IMG/VR virus record: IMGVR_UViG_3300029537_000168
Strand: one strand, 5' to 3'
Origin: a virus
Taxonomy: Duplodnaviria; Heunggongvirae; Uroviricota; Caudoviricetes
DNA length: 64,000 bases
Part shown: piece after piece, positions 56,544-64,000 of the stretch
Position numbering within the stretch: the stretch's first letter is position 1
Layout of the letters: each line of letters starts with the position of its first letter
Notes under the pieces: model-generated
The model's input: the letters and a program-made list of their open reading frames with translations, nothing else
Databases searched by the model: none
What the model was told of the DNA's origin: nothing
Position numbers and translations under genes: made by a program

Positions 56544-59500
56544 TTATTTTATCAGTCCGCGTTTAGTCATGAAATTGCTGGCTTTGTTCAACTGGTTTAC
56601 CGCACCCTTGCTCCCGTATGGGTCTACGGTGGCGCTAATCGGCTTGCTCAGACGCTCGTTCAGTGTGGAAAGCGCTTCGGCCACACTCCCGAGCATTTGT
56701 GTCATCTGCTCGTTCTGCATGGTCATATCCGTAGCTCCGGATGCAACCTGGGTAATCTGTGCCGGCATGGAAGGATAGTTCCCGCTGGCAAATGTAGGCA
56801 TGGCGGCCGATTTAAGCTGCCCGTGCCGCGCAATGGTGAGAATGCTTTCGTAGATGTGCGGATAGTTCAGAATAAGCTTCTGTGTGGTATCGCCGTCCAC
56901 AATCATTTCAGGCTTCTTTTCAGAGAAGATTCCGAAATGCGCACCTCCGCCGTACACTCCCGTTTTAAGCTCCTTCTGGTAGCGTGCGTTGTATATCTGT
57001 CCGTCGTTTCCCAGTACCGGATAGTCACCCTCTGCGTAGGTAAGCATTCCGGCTGCTACACGGCCCTTGCTGCTGCTTACTCCGGTGGCAGCTGCCACAT
57101 CCTGCTTTGCCTTGTTTAGCTTACCCATGGCAAGGCCCATCAGAGCGGAAAGTGCCGCACTGATAACTGCAATCAATGGGATACCCCACCATCCTAGGTC
57201 TCCGATTGTTTTTGCTGATCCCCTCGCAATACCAGAAGTTACATCTCCTGTAGTCTTTGCCCCTTCTACTGTCATATCCGTAATGGCCTGCGACCCATGA
57301 ATAGCTGTAACAGTAGCACTTGTAGCCGCTTCCTGTGCTACTTCCTGGTCTCCAAGAGTCTTCTTCATCAACAACTCGGTTATTTTTTGCATAATCAAGT
57401 CTTTGGTGAGTTTCATCGCTGTTTGGAGTAACATTTTTGCAGCTTGCTTACGGTCGTCCACTTCGGCAAATGCAGCTTCTCCCATCTGCTCACTGAAATC
57501 TACTACTGCATCGGTGTAGTTTTTCAATGTGCCCAACTTGCTTTCTGTTATTTCCAGTTCCTTGGAAGATTGTTCCTCCCTTGCGGCTATGTAGTTGTCG
57601 TAAGCCTCCTTTTGCGCCATGAGGAAAGATTCTTCTGCCTGCTGTTGCGTAGCGCCGGAAGCAATGGCCTGCTGTATCAGTTCTTTCTTACGGCTTTCAA
57701 ACTGCTCATAATACTGCGCTGCCGCTTCCAATTTTATTCGCAGCGCTTCCAGTTCGGCATTGTCCGTGTCGGAAGTACCAAGGAAGGAACTTTGAGTAGA
57801 TGCCAGTCCCAGATTACCGGCTGCACCCATCAGCTCACTCTGATCGTCAGCACCTTTTATCCGGTCCTCCCAAAGTTTCTGGTTTCCGCTGGTTTCCCAC
57901 TGCACGTCTATCATTTCCTTTATGTCCTTTGCATACTTCTCGGCAGCGGCCTTGGAATCCTGATAGAAATCACGCAGCTTTTTCAGCATGAGCGACATCT
58001 GCTCCGGGCTCATGCTTTCGGCCCATACCGCGTCAATGTTGCTAAGATAAGTGCGCAACTCGTCTTCGTTCAGGCTGTAAGCATCTTCCGACAGAGAAAC
58101 AAGGGCATTAATTCTTTCCTTCACTGCACTCTCGTCAATCACTCCGCTAAATCCCAGACTCATACGGAACTCTTTCTCCGCATCGGTATTCAGCAGACGA
58201 AGTTTGTCGAGCGACTCCTCAAACTGGTTGACAAGGCTTTCAAACGGGTTGTATTTAAGCAGCTCCTTCTCGATAGTCTGACGGTATTTCACTGCCATGT
58301 TCTGTACTTCGAGCAGGTCTTTTTCAAGGTTCTTACGTAAGCCGTCGGTCTGACGTTCGCCCAGCTTCTTAATCAATGCAGCGGTAGATTCCAGGTTCTT
58401 ACCTTCCATCCCGTATAAATTCTGATTGAAGGTGTTCTCCTCGCCCAACAGCTTTTTACGAAGCTCCACACGTGCCAGCAGATGTTCTTCCTCGGTCGCG
58501 TCAATCTGACGGTTCATCTCCTCAGTAGTTATCTGTTCATCGAGATATGCCTGACGAATAGCCTGCTGACGGCGGAGGAAGTAAGCTTCGAGCGCAGACA
58601 TGGCCGCACTGATTTCATCATTCATTTCCTTCTGCTCACCACGTGTGCCTGACTTACGTACTTTTAGCCAGTTACCGCTTGTGTCGCGTCCCCATTTCTC
58701 AGCCAGCACCTTGGCCACATCCTGCTCCATCTTTTTCAGCGCCTCGTATTCTTCCTTGGCCGACTTGAATCCACGGGCAGCGAAGGTGTCTGCATAGTCC
58801 TTGTCCTCATTAATGCTCTTCATCATGGCCTCCAGCTTTTTGTAGGTAGCTACCAGCTTGTCTACTCCGGCTGTTTCCAGCGATACTCCCTGTCCCCATA
58901 CAGACTCCAGTCCGATGGCCTTAATACGTTTTTCCACCTGATCTATGTTGTGCTGATATACACCTAACAGGCGGTTCTTCTCTTTCAGTTCCTTCAGTTC
59001 TGAATCGGTAAGATTCTCTCCCTTCCTACGCTTATCGTTCAATTCTTCCAGTCTGGATTCCTCGAGCTTATTCAGCATTATCCCTTTTTCTTTCCTTTCA
59101 TTCAGCCTTTCAAGCTCTGCAGTTTCAAGCTCAGTCAATTTCTTTCCTTTCTCACGTTTTGCATTCAAATATTCAACATCTGAACGCAGACGTTGCACGT
59201 AGGTAGTCGCCTGCTGCAAATAGGTATTCAGTTCCGGTATGTCTGAAGAAGAAAGAATGCCCTGGTTGGACTTACGGAGGTCTTGCAGCATAAGCTCTTC
59301 GGTCTTGCTCTCGGCAGCACGCTGCGTACTTTCAAGGAAAGTCTGAGTCTGTCCGGCTTCCTTCCGGATGTTTTTCAGGATGTTCATCAGTTTTAAAGCG
59401 TCGGAACTGAACGGGAGCTGCTTTATGTTCTTGTCATATTTCTCCATAAAGCCATCCAGCGCGTCGTACAGATTACCTCCTTCTTCCACTACCTTATTCA

Positions 59501-62414
59501 TCCCGTCCATGATGAGGGCCATGGCATCGCCGGCGTTGGTCTCTCCGACGTTTTCCATTTTGTTCAGCGAAGCAATAATCTTCGACTGAAGTTCCTGAAT
59601 CTGGTCGGTGTATTTGTCGGCAATGTTTTCCATCATCTTGTCGCGCATCTTCAGCGCAAGCGTTTCGCGAAGGCGGGCATTAATCAGGCTGTAAATGTAT
59701 TCCTGCTTCTCGGCATAGTTGTTTTCAGTGACCATAAATCCCAGGTAGGCACCATACTTGTCATTCAGCTGCTTAATCAGTGCCGCACGCTCTCCGTTCG
59801 ATACATTTGCCTTGTCAATCGCATATTTCAGATTGGAAAGTTCAAATGTTTCCTTCTGTATGGCTGCTTCAAATTCCGACTGTGCCTTTGTTGCCTCGTC
59901 TACTGATTTCTTGAAATAAGTAATTGCAGAGGTCAGCGCAGTAAATCCTAATACAACCCATCCTAATGGATTTGACATCATAGCCTTTGAAAGCCACTGC
60001 CAGGCTATTTTGAATATATTCACAGAGGCTGTTCCTGCTTTTACCATTTTCGTAAACAGCACAATGTTTGCACTTGCTTTCTGCACAGCAGAAGACGTGG
60101 CTATCATTACTCCTACCAAAGCCTGAACTGTTACTGCCATCAGTCGGATAGACTTTTCTCCGCGTTCAAACCGGTTGGGAATGCTCGAAATATAGCGAAG
60201 CACATCCGTAAGCCATTCCACAAATCCGCTGTTGATAAACGATTCCTTGATGGCGTTACCCATACGCTGCATGATGGCCATGGCGTTTTCATTCTTGATG
60301 TTGTATTCATCCGTCACGCTGGTAGCTTCCTTAAACGCACGTGAAGAAGTAAATACCTGTGCCTTCAGTTCGTCTACGCCGGAAGAAAGGGTAACGAGCA
60401 CCTGCTTGATACGCTCGCCATCGCTACCGAGGTCTTTCATAATCGGAGCCAGCACATCCAGTCCGCCCATAGCATTCATTTTCTCGAATACAGCGATTAC
60501 GGCCTGAATGGTTTTACCCTGTTCAATCAAGTTTTTCAAGTAATCATCGCTCAGTCCCACAGCCTGCGCCACCTCGGTGGTGTTACTGGTAAGTGTAGAG
60601 ATAAAGGTGTTCAAAGCCGTACCACCCATTTCGGCGTGCTGACCAAGCGCGTCGAGTGTGCCGGCCAGCGCAATCAGGTCGGACATGGAAAGTCCTGCCG
60701 CTTCTCCGATAGCTCCGATACGGTTTACTACATCGACAATCGGACCGGCAGAAGCACGGCTGGTCTGAGATATTTCGTTGATAGCAGAACCGGTGGCGAG
60801 CAAGGCTTTTTCCACTCCGAGCTTCTGTGTCTCTCCCAGAATGGCATTCACCTTCATCAGCTGACGTACAGCTTCAGCTCCTCCCAAATCTTCTCCCAAT
60901 GCTACGAGCAACTGATTACCTGCCTTCACGAATCCCAACACATCTTCTTTGGCAGAAATTCCTAACTTACCGGCTTCGTATGCCAGGTCGTGAAGTTCCT
61001 GCTGTGCGGTACGGGTGTCGATACTATCAATTTCACGGCTTAGCTCGGCTACTGACTCAGTGGAAAGCCCGGTGGTCTTCTCGATGTCGGCCAGACTGTC
61101 ACTCAACTGCAAGTTAGCCTGATACAACTGCTTGATACGTCCTACCACCTCATTGAATCCGGCATATATCAGCACATAACTTGTCAAACGCTTGATGGTA
61201 GCTACAATCTGGTTATCGTGTTCCTGCCAGCTTCGCTTCACTTCATTAATCTGCTCGTTTACCCGGCGCAGATTCATTGAAGTTTCGACATACTTCTCTG
61301 CGTCACGTTCGGTTTTCGAAAGTTCTTCCTGAAGCTGTGCCGCGGCCTTCTGTAAATCTTCAAGAGAAGCCGTTTTCAGAGAAAGAAGGACTTTATCAAG
61401 TTCCTTTGCGCTTAACACAGAATTTTTCTGTTTTTTCTCAATCGTGCTCAGCGCATCTTCAATTTTTTTCAAGCCTTTTGTGTCGCTTACTTCAAGCTTC
61501 TTTTTATACTCTTCTAGCGATTTTTTCAGCTTCTCAAGATCTTCGTATGTACCGTCGAACGTACCTTGACCAACCGTTTCAGCTTTATCAAGCGCATCTT
61601 CCAGTGAAGTAAATTCGGCAGATGATTGTTTCAGTTTCTCGTTAAGTGAATTGATGGCTGACTCCACATCCTTGATACCCTTCGTGTCGCTTGTCTTTAA
61701 CTGCTGCTTGTATTGTTCAAGCAGCTTGATGGCTTCTTTTGTCTGGGCTATTGTGCCATCGAATGTGCCGGTCTGGACTTTCCCTAGTGTGGTTTGAGCA
61801 CGCTGTGAGACACGACGAGTTTCTTCCGCTTCAACCTGAGCAAGCTGTTCACGGTATTTCTGAATTTCCTGCGTGTTTAGGCGAGTAGATGATATAAGTT
61901 CCTGTAAGCGCTGTTTGGCCATGCCAAGCGACTTGTCGCTCACATTTCCAATATCTCCGATGATGTCGGAAAACTCTACAAGGTTCCCTTTCCGGCGCTG
62001 TGCTTCATCGGCTATCTGCTTGATGTAATCGCGAACAGTATTCAGTGACTCTATGCTTTTAGGATTAACTCCTAAAAGCATCTGTTTCAACCCCTTCTGT
62101 GCATTGTTCAGGTTACGAAGCGTTTGTCCGGAAATATCAGCAAGATATTTCTCGACTGTATTTATATTACGCTCTGACTCCTGGATGGATTTCTGAAGCT
62201 GTTTCTGCTGCTTCAGTGCTTCTGTATATGTCTTCTTATTCTCGTCGTAATCAACAGTGTCGACGGATTTCTCCATGTTGCGCTGCGCTTGCTGAACTTC
62301 TTTCCCAAGCTTTGCCCATTCTTTGCGCATTTCCTCTACCTGCTTACGAGCCTGTTCCGCCCCGCCTATAAGCACGTCGATTCTAGCCAGTCTGGTACCT
62401 AAACTATTTGCCAT
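56544..62414 (-). CDS. tail tape measure protein
   Basis: About 1956 aa, helical, LADIEKTTGL core, hydrophobic NPLGWV segment. Confidence 0.9.
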   Translation of the reverse strand: MANSLGTRLARIDVLIGGAEQARKQVEEMRKEWAKLGKEVQQAQRNMEKSVDTVDYDENKKTYTEALKQQKQLQKSIQESERNINTVEKYLADISGQTLRNLNNAQKGLKQMLLGVNPKSIESLNTVRDYIKQIADEAQRRKGNLVEFSDIIGDIGNVSDKSLGMAKQRLQELISSTRLNTQEIQKYREQLAQVEAEETRRVSQRAQTTLGKVQTGTFDGTIAQTKEAIKLLEQYKQQLKTSDTKGIKDVESAINSLNEKLKQSSAEFTSLEDALDKAETVGQGTFDGTYEDLEKLKKSLEEYKKKLEVSDTKGLKKIEDALSTIEKKQKNSVLSAKELDKVLLSLKTASLEDLQKAAAQLQEELSKTERDAEKYVETSMNLRRVNEQINEVKRSWQEHDNQIVATIKRLTSYVLIYAGFNEVVGRIKQLYQANLQLSDSLADIEKTTGLSTESVAELSREIDSIDTRTAQQELHDLAYEAGKLGISAKEDVLGFVKAGNQLLVALGEDLGGAEAVRQLMKVNAILGETQKLGVEKALLATGSAINEISQTSRASAGPIVDVVNRIGAIGEAAGLSMSDLIALAGTLDALGQHAEMGGTALNTFISTLTSNTTEVAQAVGLSDDYLKNLIEQGKTIQAVIAVFEKMNAMGGLDVLAPIMKDLGSDGERIKQVLVTLSSGVDELKAQVFTSSRAFKEATSVTDEYNIKNENAMAIMQRMGNAIKESFINSGFVEWLTDVLRYISSIPNRFERGEKSIRLMAVTVQALVGVMIATSSAVQKASANIVLFTKMVKAGTASVNIFKIAWQWLSKAMMSNPLGWVVLGFTALTSAITYFKKSVDEATKAQSEFEAAIQKETFELSNLKYAIDKANVSNGERAALIKQLNDKYGAYLGFMVTENNYAEKQEYIYSLINARLRETLALKMRDKMMENIADKYTDQIQELQSKIIASLNKMENVGETNAGDAMALIMDGMNKVVEEGGNLYDALDGFMEKYDKNIKQLPFSSDALKLMNILKNIRKEAGQTQTFLESTQRAAESKTEELMLQDLRKSNQGILSSSDIPELNTYLQQATTYVQRLRSDVEYLNAKREKGKKLTELETAELERLNERKEKGIMLNKLEESRLEELNDKRRKGENLTDSELKELKEKNRLLGVYQHNIDQVEKRIKAIGLESVWGQGVSLETAGVDKLVATYKKLEAMMKSINEDKDYADTFAARGFKSAKEEYEALKKMEQDVAKVLAEKWGRDTSGNWLKVRKSGTRGEQKEMNDEISAAMSALEAYFLRRQQAIRQAYLDEQITTEEMNRQIDATEEEHLLARVELRKKLLGEENTFNQNLYGMEGKNLESTAALIKKLGERQTDGLRKNLEKDLLEVQNMAVKYRQTIEKELLKYNPFESLVNQFEESLDKLRLLNTDAEKEFRMSLGFSGVIDESAVKERINALVSLSEDAYSLNEDELRTYLSNIDAVWAESMSPEQMSLMLKKLRDFYQDSKAAAEKYAKDIKEMIDVQWETSGNQKLWEDRIKGADDQSELMGAAGNLGLASTQSSFLGTSDTDNAELEALRIKLEAAAQYYEQFESRKKELIQQAIASGATQQQAEESFLMAQKEAYDNYIAAREEQSSKELEITESKLGTLKNYTDAVVDFSEQMGEAAFAEVDDRKQAAKMLLQTAMKLTKDLIMQKITELLMKKTLGDQEVAQEAATSATVTAIHGSQAITDMTVEGAKTTGDVTSGIARGSAKTIGDLGWWGIPLIAVISAALSALMGLAMGKLNKAKQDVAAATGVSSSKGRVAAGMLTYAEGDYPVLGNDGQIYNARYQKELKTGVYGGGAHFGIFSEKKPEMIVDGDTTQKLILNYPHIYESILTIARHGQLKSAAMPTFASGNYPSMPAQITQVASGATDMTMQNEQMTQMLGSVAEALSTLNERLSKPISATVDPYGSKGAVNQLNKASNFMTKRGLIK

Positions 62415-62434
62415 GTCTTTGTGTTTGTTTTCCT

Positions 62435-62476
62435 CAAAGTTAGGCAGCCGGAAGGTGGAAATGAAGGACAAAAAAA
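62435..62476 (-). promoter_or_regulatory. late-type promoter of TMP operon
   Basis: TTTTTGTCCTTCA-N19-TAACTTTG. Confidence 0.7.
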
Positions 62477-62516
62477 CGGTGTCCGTTAGTTCAACGAACA
62501 CCGTTTTAAAACTATT

Positions 62517-62630
62517 CGCCAGCAACCTCTAAAGTGGTTTGCGGCAAACCTCTCGAGCGATATGCAGCAAACCTCTCAAGTGGTTTGCTGCATTTGTTTT
62601 GACAGGCCCTACAGGCTATTGTGGAGGGGG
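62517..62630. repeat. 114-bp element, copy 2
   Basis: Direct repeat of 20343-20456. Confidence 0.95.
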
Positions 62631-62663
62631 TGGTAAGTGGCGAAAGGGAAGAATGTACGTATA

Positions 62664-63176
62664 TTACAATAATCCATTAACCATCACTTCCGCATACACC
62701 ATCCCGAACGCTATCACCTCCGCCCAGAACAGCGGTTTGCACAACACGAAGCTATACCATAAATCGCCATTCCATACTTGTTTCAGGCGAACGCCGACAT
62801 ATAATATCCACGCTATCCATACAAGCAGCATCCACGGGCAGGTAAGTGCTACCCATATCTGACTGTTCAGTGCCGCTATGACGGTAGCCGCAATATGTAC
62901 TGGTCTGTCCATTCCGGCTTTGAAATTGGGTGCCGCACCCACGAACAGCAACGCTCCGCACATCAAAAATGCGGTGAACTGATAACTTTCGGGGGTAGCA
63001 GAGAGGAGGGCGGGCATGAGGAGGAGGGCGGTTGCGGTCATGGTGAAGCCGAACCACAGCTTATGCTCCAGCGAATAGTATGTGTCGCTTATGGAGTAAG
63101 GTATCTCCTTTGTTTTGTAAACCATCACCCCCACGTATGTGAGGATGACGGCCATTGATAAGATTATGAGTATCAT
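62664..63176 (-). CDS. multi-pass membrane protein
   Basis: 5-6 hydrophobic helices, IPYSISDTYY. Confidence 0.75.
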   Translation of the reverse strand: MILIILSMAVILTYVGVMVYKTKEIPYSISDTYYSLEHKLWFGFTMTATALLLMPALLSATPESYQFTAFLMCGALLFVGAAPNFKAGMDRPVHIAATVIAALNSQIWVALTCPWMLLVWIAWILYVGVRLKQVWNGDLWYSFVLCKPLFWAEVIAFGMVYAEVMVNGLL

Positions 63177-63697
63177 TTTGTGTTCAGATTAAGTTTTTCA
63201 GGATATCCGGTTGTGTGGTCGTAGGCTTCCACTTCTTCTATGCTTTGCAGGTCTTCCACATTTGCCTTGTGTTGTGCCGTTACGTTGTAACACTGCAGGG
63301 CGTACAGTTCAAGGGCGGAGAGCATCTGTATGGCCGTGTCGCACTCGATGGTGTAGCTTTTACCTCCGAACCAGAGTGTAGTGGTGAGCATCGAGGCTGT
63401 CTTCTGTATCTGGGTGGAGTTCATCAGTCCTACACGGGTGTTCTTGTCGAGCCAAACGGATTCGCCGTCGAGAGTGAAGCTGTTTACCGCGTCGCTAGTG
63501 TCGTAGCTTTCTATCTCGAATATCTTCGCGGCTTTTGCGGCTCCCAGTTCGTCGGTGGGCAGATCGCTTACTTCTTTGAACATTTCCTCCATGTCGGAAG
63601 GAAGGCGGTTGGCACGCTTGAAATAGATGTTTGTTCCGATACGATTTATGTACAGGCCTTCTGTACTGTAAATCTCTTTTTCTGTAAATTTTATCAT
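63173..63697 (-). CDS. DUF4376-like tail-fibre-associated protein
   Basis: YDTSDAVNSF..WLDKNTRVGL..LELYALQCYNVTAQHK..GYPEKL. Confidence 0.7.
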   Translation of the reverse strand: MIKFTEKEIYSTEGLYINRIGTNIYFKRANRLPSDMEEMFKEVSDLPTDELGAAKAAKIFEIESYDTSDAVNSFTLDGESVWLDKNTRVGLMNSTQIQKTASMLTTTLWFGGKSYTIECDTAIQMLSALELYALQCYNVTAQHKANVEDLQSIEEVEAYDHTTGYPEKLNLNTK

Positions 63698-63999
63698 AAT
63701 GTCACGATTGAGATTGATGGTTTGTTTTTCAGTGCCGACTGGATTTCTTCGTCCTCGATGATTGAGGCATAGTCTTTTGCCGGAAGCGTGAGTGTGATAA
63801 CGGAGTTGCTGTCTGTATTCTCGATAAAGAACAGCAGTGCTTCGCGACTTATGCCGGGTTCTTCGGTTATCGTTCCCCATTCCTGCACTATGCAGGTTTC
63901 GTACTCACGGTTGATGAAGAAGTCTGCTCCTTCGGGTTTCTCTGTTTCGCAGTATGGCTTGTAGCCTTGTGCGATGATTTCTTCTTCGGTAAGCTTGCC
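63694..63999 (-). CDS. tail-associated hypothetical protein, 5' end outside window
   Basis: Frame open to the edge: GKLTEEEIIAQGYKPYCE... Confidence 0.55.
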   Translation of the reverse strand, partial: GKLTEEEIIAQGYKPYCETEKPEGADFFINREYETCIVQEWGTITEEPGISREALLFFIENTDSNSVITLTLPAKDYASIIEDEEIQSALKNKPSISIVTL

Positions 64000-64000
64000 G

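Noticed and set aside
1..64000. Diversity-generating retroelement or retron
   Set aside because: No reverse transcriptase; differences between the 114-bp copies and between the duplicated genes are not adenine-specific.
1..64000. crAss-like phage or stop-codon recoding
   Set aside because: Tape measure protein present, no RNA polymerase seen, and ORFs tile densely in the standard code.

Overview
A 64 kb slice of a temperate-looking tailed phage or prophage of a Bacteroidota host. Host evidence: TAnnTTTG -7 promoters, Bacteroides-type HU-like proteins, a KilA-N antirepressor and a lipoprotein. A long tape measure protein suggests a long-tailed virion. Almost every gene is on the minus strand; the exception is a four-HTH repressor-like gene. 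Modules, left to right: (1) DNA/nucleotide-modification genes with a TnpB plus tyrosine recombinase insert (1-7.3 kb); (2) an early/anti-defence operon of short ORFs including ArdA and an LPD29 protein (7.7-17.5 kb); (3) a palindrome plus 20-bp tandem repeat locus (18 kb); (4) antirepressor, accessory genes, terminase, duplicated tail-tube-like genes, capsid and S49 protease (19-35 kb); (5) a candidate origin (36.5-37.4 kb); (6) replication/middle genes with a 1099-aa primase-helicase (37.5-52 kb); (7) tail genes (53-64 kb). No portal was recognised. The most unusual signal is non-coding. About 15 early genes share a leader (GTCTAACTTAAAA-N5-8-GGAATTATG), often preceded by a GNRA-capped hairpin. 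The same strand also encodes several antisense copies of that leader, one carried in a tRNA-like scaffold in place of the anticodon arm, plus a ~680-nt region rich in UAUG. Together these suggest an RNA-based translational control network, which is my inference. All calls come from motif recognition by eye; no database search or folding program was run.
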